A stretch of 64,000 nucleotides of DNA, taken from contig CAJFCJ010000083.1 in the NCBI GenBank assembly GCA_904063045.1, positions 1-64,000 of the forward strand, given 5' to 3'. Of this stretch, positions 11,968-21,200 are shown piece after piece. How positions within the stretch are numbered: the first letter of the stretch is position 1; each line of letters opens with the position of its first letter. Origin of the DNA: Dimorphilus gyrociliatus (Eukaryota; Animalia; Annelida). Both the position numbers and the translations under genes were made by a program. Below the pieces are notes generated by a model that worked only from the letters and a program-made list of their open reading frames with translations, searched no databases and was not told the origin of the DNA.

Positions 11968-14157
11968 CTATGAGGACTCATTATCTGAATGGGTTATGTC
12001 AATAATTTCACCTTCAATAATTATTGACTCATTATCCGAATGGGTTATATCAATAATTTCGCTTTCAATAATTATTGACTCATCGTCTGAACTAGATATT
12101 TCATCTTCTCTATCAGAGATAATGTTTGCCTCTGAATCTGTATTTTGATCCAGTTCATTATTTGTTTCTGTGTCATCACTTTCAGATGAGCTTGAAGGTT
12201 CATTGAGACTGTAATTACTGTCTGTTTTGAAAGTATTGCTTGTGTCATAACCAGTATCAGAATTAGTAACTTCCATCTCTGAGTCATCACTATCTGAACT
12301 TTCTGATGAAGAGTCATGCTGTCCCATCATGGCTATAGTGACTTTGTTTAGTTGAGGTTGCCTTATTCTTTCAGCCAGGTTCCCTTTCCTTCTATCAAAT
12401 TTGAGAGAACACTGTTTAGCTTCAAAATTGAGGTTTGCTCCCACAGTTTGTAGGAAATCACAACCAAGTATTATTGCTATGTCTAGATTTTCCATAACTA
12501 TAAATTCTTGTTCCATACTTTCTCCAGCAAATTGGATATTCAGCTTTACGCTTCCTTTTTGCTTTAAAGCTTTCCCATCAGCTGAAGTTATAATTGGTAA
12601 GCCAATTGTTTCTTTATCCATAATTGTAACATCCATTAACTTGATTTCTTTTTCAGTAATAAAGGATCTCAATGCTCCTGTGTCACACAAGGCAATGACT
12701 TCTTGGCCTTTTTGATTCTTCAAACGGAATTGGAAGTCATTTCTTCCTTCTACCTGAGAAAGATATTGGAGGTGTGTTATTTCCTTCTCCACAAGGTGAA
12801 AGATTGTTGTTGCTTCTTTCCCTGTTTCCAACTTATTAGATTCATTGGCTAGTCTTAATCTGCTACCATGTACCAACTTGCATGTATTATCATCCATTTG
12901 TATTTCATATATCCACTTTTGATGATTGACTTTTGTTATTCGGTATGGGCCTAACCATTTTAAAGAAGGGATTTTTGTTATTGCAATTCTTGCAGCATCA
13001 TTTCTTAAGAATACTTCATCATCAACCTCAAAATATTTTGGAAGATTGAGATTTCTATTCTTTCTTTCCCTATATTGTTCTTTTGCCATGATGGATTTAC
13101 AGAAGGCTGTAGCTCTTAACTGTACTAATTGCTGCTGGTGATTGAATACAAATAGTACATTTGTTTCAGGAGAGGTAGTATGCATTGTTACATCAATCAG
13201 TGTTCTTGTGCTGGTGCCAAAAAGAAGTTCCTGGGGTGGTAGTCTTGTACTTCCTACAGGTGATTGATTCAAAAATGCTTGAATCAAGGGTAGGTTTGCA
13301 ACCCAGTTATGCTGATTTTCTTCCACCACTAATTTATTGATTTCCTTCCTCACTTCTCTATTTCTTCGTTCAACTAGTCCATTGCTCTGGCTTCTATAAG
13401 CTGTTGTTTGGATTTTCTCAATACCTAATACCTTCATAAACTCTTTAAAAGCTTTACCAACAAAGTTTCTTCCTTGATCTGTCAACATTTGTTTTGGAAT
13501 TCCAAAAATGGGAAAAAATCTGTTGAAAAGAAGGTTTGCAATTTCTTTACTGGTTTGCTGTTTGAGTGCATATAAAACTGTGTATCTACTGAAATGATCC
13601 ACTATCACAAGTATGAATCTGTATGACTTAACCATGGGTAAGGGTCCCATTATATCCATGGCTACCAACTCCATTGGTGATGCAGGGTGAAAGGTTTCTA
13701 CCAAAGGGTATACTCTACTCCTACCATTCATTTGTTCACACAAAGTGCAATCCTTTATTGAATTCTCAATCATAATCTTTAATTTTGGGTGCCAAAAGGT
13801 CTTTGTAATTATTTGTAATGTCATTCTGGGTCCATGGTGATTGTGAATTTTATTTTTATGGAATTTAGGGAGCAGAGTTAGCATCAAATGGTCAGGTAAA
13901 ACCAGAATGTTTCTTTCTTCAAGGATAATCCAGATCATTTCCTTGTGAACAAACATCTCCATTATGAAAGGTGTAAAAGTTCCAAAATAAGGAATAGGTA
14001 GCTGACCATCCAATGTTAAATATTCTTTAATTGATTTTAAATTCACATCTTTTTCTTGCTCTGACTGTAAGTCAACAGAAGACAAATCAATTTTCTCTTC
14101 ACTGTTATCACTGGTAGCTACAAAAGTTAACTCTGGTGTATGTTCATACTGTTCCAT
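11968..14157 (-). CDS. Integrase (HHCC, DDE, GPY/F) fused to a second retropepsin protease and an acidic tail
   Basis: H..HHG...CTLC; AMDIMGPLP, VDHFSRY, TDQGRNF, NGLVERRN; WLGPYRI; then ALCDTGALRSFI...IILGCDFL; then a D/E/S-rich tail. Confidence 0.93.
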   Translation of the reverse strand: MEQYEHTPELTFVATSDNSEEKIDLSSVDLQSEQEKDVNLKSIKEYLTLDGQLPIPYFGTFTPFIMEMFVHKEMIWIILEERNILVLPDHLMLTLLPKFHKNKIHNHHGPRMTLQIITKTFWHPKLKIMIENSIKDCTLCEQMNGRSRVYPLVETFHPASPMELVAMDIMGPLPMVKSYRFILVIVDHFSRYTVLYALKQQTSKEIANLLFNRFFPIFGIPKQMLTDQGRNFVGKAFKEFMKVLGIEKIQTTAYRSQSNGLVERRNREVRKEINKLVVEENQHNWVANLPLIQAFLNQSPVGSTRLPPQELLFGTSTRTLIDVTMHTTSPETNVLFVFNHQQQLVQLRATAFCKSIMAKEQYRERKNRNLNLPKYFEVDDEVFLRNDAARIAITKIPSLKWLGPYRITKVNHQKWIYEIQMDDNTCKLVHGSRLRLANESNKLETGKEATTIFHLVEKEITHLQYLSQVEGRNDFQFRLKNQKGQEVIALCDTGALRSFITEKEIKLMDVTIMDKETIGLPIITSADGKALKQKGSVKLNIQFAGESMEQEFIVMENLDIAIILGCDFLQTVGANLNFEAKQCSLKFDRRKGNLAERIRQPQLNKVTIAMMGQHDSSSESSDSDDSEMEVTNSDTGYDTSNTFKTDSNYSLNEPSSSSESDDTETNNELDQNTDSEANIISDREDEISSSDDESIIIESEIIDITHSDNESIIIEGEIIDITHSDNESS
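11975..12090 (-). repeat. 51-bp (17-aa) coding tandem repeat ESIIIE(S/G)EIIDITHSDN
   Basis: GACTCAT recurs at 11975, 12026 and 12077. Confidence 0.9.
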
Positions 14158-14219
14158 TTTAACTGAAATAGAGGGAGAATTCTCCTTTTTGATCTTTCCA
14201 TGAATTAGCTCTTCAAATG

Positions 14220-15701
14220 TTACTTTCCTTGGGGTGTATATTCTTCTAATCTTGTTAATGCATCTGCTCTATTTTTTCGTCCTGTCACATAGTTAATTGT
14301 AAATTTTAAATCCATTAAAGCCATGACCCATTTTGCTGTGCTGACATTCAATTTGTTTTGCTTAAATGTTTGTACTAGACTCTGATGGTCAGTATATAAA
14401 AAGAATGGCTTGTCTTGAAGGTAATGTAAAAATTTCTTTACAACCCAGTAAACACCAAATGCTTCCTTTTGATAGGCTGCATATTTCATTTGATTATTGT
14501 TGAATTGTTTTGAAGCGTAGGCAATGGGTTTCATTGTTTTCTTCCCATTCTCATCTACATAAACTTGTTCAAGAACTCCTCCTACAGCTACATTCGATGC
14601 ATCTGTTGTTAAGTGAAAATCTTTAGCAAAATCAGGTAGTTGTAATACAGGAGGGTTAACTACTGCATCTCTCAACTTGAAAAATGATTGCTTGGCTTCC
14701 TCAGTCCATTGCAATTTATCCTTTTTCCCATGTAGTTTCATTAACATATACAGAGGTTTAGCTACTCTTGCAAAATCTTGTATAAATTTTCTGTAATAGC
14801 CACAAAATGCAACAAAGCTTAGTAGTGAATTTGCAAACACTGGTGGCTGTAAATTATATAATTTATCTGTCTTGGACTTATCTGTTTCAATCCCCTTTTC
14901 TGATACAATGTGTCCCAAGAATTGAACTTGTTCTTTCAAAAACACACATTTACTTAGTTTAATCTTAAAATTGTACTTTTGAATCTGTTGAAGAATGGTC
15001 TCCAATGCTTCCCAATGTTGGTCCAGCGACTTGGTAAATATTATTATGTCATCAAGGTAGTTTAGGCACAAATGCTTTACATCCTTTAGCACAAATGAAT
15101 TCATTACATAACTAAAATGAGGAGGGGCATTGGTTAATCCAAAAGGCATCTTAATAAATTCAAACAAGCCAAAAGGTGTAATAAATGCTGTTTTAGACCT
15201 ATCTTCTTTCTTGATGTTAATGTGGTGGTATGCACTTGTCAAATCCATTGTAGAAAAGAATTTATTTCCTCCTCCCAAATGGTCAAAAAGATCATCTTGA
15301 TTTGGCAGTGGATACTTGTTTTTAACTGTCATTTTGTTTAGTTTTCTATAATCTACACACATTCGTAGACTACCTTCCTTCTTTCTTACGAAAACAATTG
15401 GTGAAGCCCAATTGCTCTTGCTTGGTTGAATAACTTTGCTTTTTACCAATTCAGCTATCTGTTGCTTACATTCTTCTTGTTTTTGAGGAGGCATTCTATA
15501 TGGCCTTTGTCTATATGGTGTTGAACCTGGTTCAAGAGTTATTTCCAAGGGTGGTACCTCTGGATTGCCAATATCAAATCTGTCTTCTGCAATAGTTTCT
15601 TTATATTTTGCCAGAATTTGGGTAACTTTGTTCTTCATCTCGGGATTTTCTTGTTCAATTGTTGTCTGAAGGGTATGTATTTGACTCTCATTCTTTTTCA
15701 T
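14220..15701 (-). CDS. Reverse transcriptase-RNase H of copy 2
   Basis: Protein matches copy 1 up to the frameshift. Separated from its neighbours by single homopolymer deletions (T-run ~15900, G-run ~14232) that are absent in copy 1. Confidence 0.95.
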   Translation of the reverse strand: MKKNESQIHTLQTTIEQENPEMKNKVTQILAKYKETIAEDRFDIGNPEVPPLEITLEPGSTPYRQRPYRMPPQKQEECKQQIAELVKSKVIQPSKSNWASPIVFVRKKEGSLRMCVDYRKLNKMTVKNKYPLPNQDDLFDHLGGGNKFFSTMDLTSAYHHINIKKEDRSKTAFITPFGLFEFIKMPFGLTNAPPHFSYVMNSFVLKDVKHLCLNYLDDIIIFTKSLDQHWEALETILQQIQKYNFKIKLSKCVFLKEQVQFLGHIVSEKGIETDKSKTDKLYNLQPPVFANSLLSFVAFCGYYRKFIQDFARVAKPLYMLMKLHGKKDKLQWTEEAKQSFFKLRDAVVNPPVLQLPDFAKDFHLTTDASNVAVGGVLEQVYVDENGKKTMKPIAYASKQFNNNQMKYAAYQKEAFGVYWVVKKFLHYLQDKPFFLYTDHQSLVQTFKQNKLNVSTAKWVMALMDLKFTINYVTGRKNRADALTRLEEYTPQGK

Positions 15702-15874
15702 AATAAGAGGAACTGGGTAAAACCCTTTGAAAGATAAGTGTTGTGTTCCAACAGGGTAATTCTTTTCTGTACCTGGCTGGAGTATAATCTGTCTCTTGCC
15801 AAAGTCAAGGGTAGCTCCATTTTGTTGTAGAAAGTCACACCCAATAATACATTGTTGTGTAATGATTTTGTTGA

Positions 15875-17284
15875 TCAGAAAGCGTTGTTTAATAATCTTT
15901 CATTAAAATAAAGTCTGAGAATGATTTCTCCACATATCTCGATGCTATTTCCTGAAGCATCTCTAGCATTTTTCACAGTTTGTTCTGGGAAGGATGCTTT
16001 TCCTTGAACTTGTCTTAATACCTTTTTTGAAATGAAAGATCTGTCACTACCAGAGTCTATCAAGGCATCAAACTTAAAACCAGTATTAGTTTCAAATTGT
16101 CCAATAAATGTTGAAGCATTTCGCTCAGATTGTTTGCTTTGTAACAGCTGACAAGTGGATTCGTCACTATCTGAAAAACAGAGAATATCTTGAACTTCGT
16201 CGTTTTCTGACATGCTTTCATTGTCTAATGTTTCTAATTTTTGTAGCTTAGGTTCCTCTTTCAGTATCGTCTTTGCTGGTTGATTTTTCTTATAATACCT
16301 ATTTGTTGTAGTTGGTGCATACTTTTGGACTTTTTGGCTTGAAAACTTTTCTTTAGTAGCATTTTTGTTGTCAGGTACATGCTTTCTATTCCAGAAATTT
16401 GGGGTTTCTGTAGAAGCATCTTTTCTGATTACCTGGGTCTTTTTGGTCTCTTTTCTTTGTTGAGTTTCCAATTTTGACACCATTGTGATCGGTTTTCTTT
16501 GAGTTAGTTTTAATGAAGTTTCTGCTTGCTTAGCAGCCTCATATAGTTCTGCCAATGTTTGACATTTAGGATGTAAGGTGTACACTAAATGTAGAATATC
16601 CTGTTGTAATCCTCTTTGTAAAACTTCCATCAGTTTTATTTCTTTCATAGTTGCAAGCAATTGTGGTTCCATTGGTCTAGGTGGAGAAAACCTCTTTATC
16701 AATTTCTTTGCTCTATTAACAAACTGAACCACACTTTCGCCATTCATTTGCTTTAAGTTAAGCAATTTCTCCTGATACTCCAAAGGATCTAGATCAAATT
16801 CGTCATGGAGGGCTTTCCATATTTCCTCCACAGTAGGCTCTCCATCCAGAGCCAACACCAAATCCTTTGCAGGACCAGTTAAATAATCTAAAAGATTTGC
16901 TTTCACAACATCTTCTCCTATCCAACCATAAGCATAACATGCCTGATTAAAGTCTTCTTTGAATTTTGAACACTCCTTGCTTCCATCATACAACTTGAGA
17001 ATAGTTCTTTGAGGGCGGTCCCAAGCAGCCCTTAATGCTTGAATTACTGTTGTGATATCAACATTTGGGTTCTGTGCTGGGTGATGTGTTCCATCTCCAT
17101 GATCTGTTGGAATTGTGATTCGATTTCTTTTCATTTCACTCACCAATCTATCATAGTCTTCAATTAGTCTTTGTTGCCTTTCTGACATTCCTGCTGGCTG
17201 AATTGTAATTGTTGGAGTTGCTGGGGTTGAAGGGTTAGAGTCTGTAACTGCCCCAGTGGCGTTTCCATTTCCTCCTTCTGCCAT
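15875..17284 (-). CDS. Gag-protease of copy 2
   Basis: MAEGG start at 17284; LIDSGSDRSFI motif; few substitutions relative to copy 1. Confidence 0.93.
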   Translation of the reverse strand: MAEGGNGNATGAVTDSNPSTPATPTITIQPAGMSERQQRLIEDYDRLVSEMKRNRITIPTDHGDGTHHPAQNPNVDITTVIQALRAAWDRPQRTILKLYDGSKECSKFKEDFNQACYAYGWIGEDVVKANLLDYLTGPAKDLVLALDGEPTVEEIWKALHDEFDLDPLEYQEKLLNLKQMNGESVVQFVNRAKKLIKRFSPPRPMEPQLLATMKEIKLMEVLQRGLQQDILHLVYTLHPKCQTLAELYEAAKQAETSLKLTQRKPITMVSKLETQQRKETKKTQVIRKDASTETPNFWNRKHVPDNKNATKEKFSSQKVQKYAPTTTNRYYKKNQPAKTILKEEPKLQKLETLDNESMSENDEVQDILCFSDSDESTCQLLQSKQSERNASTFIGQFETNTGFKFDALIDSGSDRSFISKKVLRQVQGKASFPEQTVKNARDASGNSIEICGEIILRLYFNERLLNNAF

Positions 17285-17322
17285 ATTTACTTTCTCAAAA
17301 CTTTTGAATAAACCAAAAGAAT

Positions 17323-17340
17323 ATCCTGTCGACTGCGCCA
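17323..17340 (-). promoter_or_regulatory. Primer-binding site TGGCGCAGTCGACAGGAT, tRNA-Ser type
   Basis: Starts with TGG 4 nt from the LTR. Complementary to a ...ATCCTGTCGACTGCGCCA tRNA 3' end, like the tRNA-Ser PBS of the 17.6/297-type errantiviruses (recalled, not searched). Confidence 0.8.
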
Positions 17341-17344
17341 AATT

Positions 17345-17979
17345 TGTACTGCTCTTGCTGGCAAAATCTATGCGTTTGCAAGTTATAACAATACTGGTTC
17401 TACTCGAACCTTTAAACAAATGTTTAAATTAAAATGGTTTATTCGCAATAATAATACTTAAGCAAGTAACAATATGAGAGTTCAATAGCAGAGTAGATAG
17501 TTTGTAATAGCAGGTTGCCAAATTACCAAACTGTCTTCCAATGTTGAGGAGTAGATGGATGGTTCCAGTGGAGGTTGTTTCCAGATGATTTTCCCAGGTC
17601 CTTGGGTCCAGATGGAAGCTGCATGCCAAATGAGAATAATGAGGATTTATATACTTTGAGGTTTGTCTCTGACATCCAATCATCACTTTACAGTTGCCAA
17701 AATGTGTAGTTCATATTTATCTTTAGTAACAGGATGTTACAAGGTTCAACATTTAGGAAGGTTAATTGAATTATAACTTGGCCACACCCTAGGCAAGTTA
17801 ATTAAATTATAACTTGGCCAAACCTTTATTGGTAATTAAAGATGAACCTTCAAGCTGACTAATCAGACTTATGTTTGGCCAATGTTTTAGCATTTTCTTG
17901 CGTAGGTTTTAAGATGTACATGTATATGTTGCATAAAATAATAGAGTTCAAGCATGTAAAATATAACCAAAGTTGTACA
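17345..17979 (-). repeat. 5' LTR of copy 2 (635 bp)
   Basis: TG..CA ends with TGTAC inverted termini, internal AATTATAACTTGGCCA direct repeat, AATAAA on the minus strand near 17438-17443. Confidence 0.95.
17645..17653 (-). promoter_or_regulatory. Candidate LTR TATA box (TATATAAAT)
   Basis: About 200 bp upstream of AATAAA, with an ATTGG (inverted CCAAT) just upstream of it. Confidence 0.5.
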
Positions 17980-18231
17980 TCAGTTTCTATTTTTACAAAA
18001 ATTATAAGAAATAATTTTCTATTGTATAATAAAGAGAAAATGCGCAATAAGTAAATTGCTAAACAATTTGCACACATTTTTTCTCATGCACTTATACCAT
18101 TTTACATACATCCAAAATATTTTTCACTTTTCATCTTTAGAATTCTCTTTTCCCTGATGAAAAACAAAACAATTCTAATTATCTATAAATTTCAATTTAC
18201 AAAAACTTGGATTTAATGCTTAATATCAGGT

Positions 18232-21200
18232 TTACAATACATTTAAATAGAATACAACAACAATGAATTTATACATCATTTCTTCTCTTTCAAATCCCAT
18301 TTTAATGTAGTATAGTTTAAACTGATTCAGCATAAATACTGCAGGATTTATCACAGAATTTAAGGTCAAAAGGAAAAACAATAGAACAACAAGTATTTTC
18401 TTTTTAATCATCAAAGTAAAAAATCTTGAATAAATTACTATTAAAAAATATGTAATGATTTCAAATGTCATTTCATGAAAAAAGTTATTAAAGTTTTTAA
18501 TGACAACAAATTTAAATTATTTTTCAAATATATTTACTTAGAATAGACATAGGAAACCAACAAAGCAAATTGGTTGAAACAATTAAAAGAACATTCAATT
18601 TCAAAGTAATTTGCCGTTTTTGAAATTTATCATCAAACATAAACTTTTTGGACATTAAAGTATGTTTCCAAATGGCAAAGTATAAAAAAATGATGAATAA
18701 ACATATTGATGTTATTAATAATCCAAAAATTACAAATGAAAACTGCCAACCTTCCAATTCAACACTAGTTATATGTATTGTAAAGCAAACTGGACTATTT
18801 GAATGATACATCTAAGTTGTTAATTTACTTTTCATCAACAGTCATTACTAGCATGGGAAATGGAGGTACTACTCACAGGATATAACACAAAAGGAAGTGA
18901 AGATATCAGTGAAGCTGTTAGAAAATTCAAAACAACTAAAATTTTGGATTTGTAAGGAGTGAGAACTTGTTTCATTGGTTTTGTTATAGAAAAATATCTC
19001 TCTAATGAAATCAGCAATATACTAAAAATAGACACCAGAATTGACCAACTGCAAAACCATCCAATGACTTTACAGTAGATGCTATTTCTCCATTCATAGT
19101 CATGTTCAATATAAGTACCTTTGAAATATTCAGTAATGCCAGCTATCAATATTAAATAGCATGAAGTGCAAAAATCAGCAAAAGAAAGACTAAGATGAAA
19201 GAGATTAGTTCTTTGATTCTTATTGCTTTTAAACACTACTCTAAACAACACTGTAGTCAAATTTTCTACAAATGCCATACTTCCCAATATCCAAAGTGTT
19301 GACTTTGTAGCTTTTGATTCTATGAGATCTTCGCAAGAATTAAATATTGCACTGGATGGATTGCAGCTCTTAACCTTCTTTGAGTATCTCCAAGCAAAAC
19401 AACACAATGAAAAATAGTTGCTGTTCAATTCTTCCAGCATCTTTGTTGGTTTCAGCAGTGTATTAACACCTTTTAATGAGATTTCAGTGTCTTTTAAACT
19501 CAATTTTCTCAAAAGTATTATGTGTCTGAATACATTCCGACTGAAGTAAATGATATGTGATTCATCAATGATTAATTCAGTAAGATTTGTGGAATCCATC
19601 AAAAAATTATCACTCAAATATGAAATATCTGTCGACGAAAAGTTAATTGTCTTGAGATTGATGGTGTTAAGCAATCTGCTTTTAGGATCAATGTTTATTC
19701 TGCCATTAGAAGTTGTTAACATTTGTAAATTCTTTAAAGAATTTCCTAAGTTTGCTGACACATTTAGCAACTGAAAGTTGGTGATTGAGAGAAAAGCAAC
19801 ATTTGGAAATATTTTAGAAATTGCCAAGTTTTTAATAGAACAATCATGGATTGACAGAGACACTATTGAAAAAATGACAGTATTCATGGAAGAGTGGTCA
19901 TCTATTGTAATATGAGTTGATTTATAGCTGTCTAACAGATTCTTTTCAAAGTATGCTTGGTGGAATGAACAATGGATTGTGTGGAAATTAATCACGTGAC
20001 AATTCTCTGAACTACTTCTGTTCAGATGACAATAAAGTTCATCACTTCCTTTTAGACAATCAATTATTCCATTACACACTTCATTGAGCATAATGTACAA
20101 AAACTGTTGTCTACATTTAAAATATCCTCTTGGCCTAAAATCATCTGCATTTTATTAATTGATTGCAAGGTTATTTTTTCACAGATTGCCTTTATGACAT
20201 ACCACAGTGCTGTTCATCATCATAGTGAGTACAGTGAACAATTCCATCACAAACCTGTTTAATTGATATACAGTATGCAGCATATTGACAAAGATATTGT
20301 CCTCTATTACAAAACTTTCTATCGCATGACATTAAATTAGAAAATGGAAAGTGAACTTTTGTTAAAAGTTTTCCCATTGATGTATAAACAACTTCACAGT
20401 TTTGCCTTTTTTCCAATCTTGAGCACATATTTTGCAAAGTAACATTAAATTTGTCGCAGAAATCATATTTCTCATCATTGCCATTGACACAGTTCATTTG
20501 TTTATTGCATAGTTTATCTTTTGTAAAGCATTTATTATCACATTCAAATTTATTGTATTTATCACAATCTGTCAAAAATTGACATGAATAGTTTGCAGAG
20601 TTTGAATTATTGAATACATTGTTTTGTTTACCTTGTTGAGTAAATAGTTGATTTTCCATACTACATTTTTCATCACTTTCATCATGACAATTTTTCTCAT
20701 CATCACAAATACTCTTTTCATTGATACATTGTTTATTGTCACACCTAATTGAATAAGACATTTTGAAAAAGCAGCAAGTATAACTTGTTTTAATTGGCCA
20801 AACAATGTTTTTATAATTTTACTTAATTTGTGCTTTGAGGAAAATATGCTGTTGCTTTCTTTCTGTTAAAAATGCATTGTGTTGGAGTCTGTTTAAAATG
20901 GCCACTTTGATTTGTCTTTGAGGTTAGATTTTGGGTTGGGAATGGGTTACTAACTAAGAGTAGGGTACAATGAAATCCTTAAAAGTGGTTTTACGGGCTG
21001 GGTTAAAGTAAAACCACTGTGAGTGTTTTTAACAACATTCCATTAATGATATTTTGGAATTGGTCTTTTTTTCCTAAAAAGCCTCAGGTTAGAGCTCTTT
21101 TCTAAACAAACATTTAGCTTGATGCTGTTTTTTGAAAAGGCTTTTTTCTTTACTTTTGATGGAACATTTTTAATCAATAATTAAATGTTGGCCTATCAAA

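Larger units (their letters stand above)
8497..17979 (-). mobile_element. Apparently full-length env-bearing Ty3/gypsy element, copy 2 (LTR-PBS-gag-PR-RT-RH-IN-PR2-env-PPT-LTR)
   Basis: Two 635-bp LTRs, PBS, PPT and all coding domains in order. No TSD (left ATCT, right TCAG) and an N-join at 9773 suggest a possible chimeric assembly. Confidence 0.92.

Noticed and set aside
11691-13141. Plus-strand ORFs antisense to pol/env (also antisense ORFs over the LRR and GPCR exons)
   Set aside because: Shadow ORFs of long coding regions with no domain signal.
14200-15900. Programmed ribosomal frameshifts between gag-PR, RT and IN in copy 2
   Set aside because: Copy 1 is in frame at both sites; the breaks are single-base homopolymer losses.
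17429-17686. 85-aa ORF (MMIGCQRQ...) present in all four LTRs
   Set aside because: The LTRs are about 97-98% identical, so ORF persistence is uninformative; there is no recognisable domain and it overlaps the TATA/R region.
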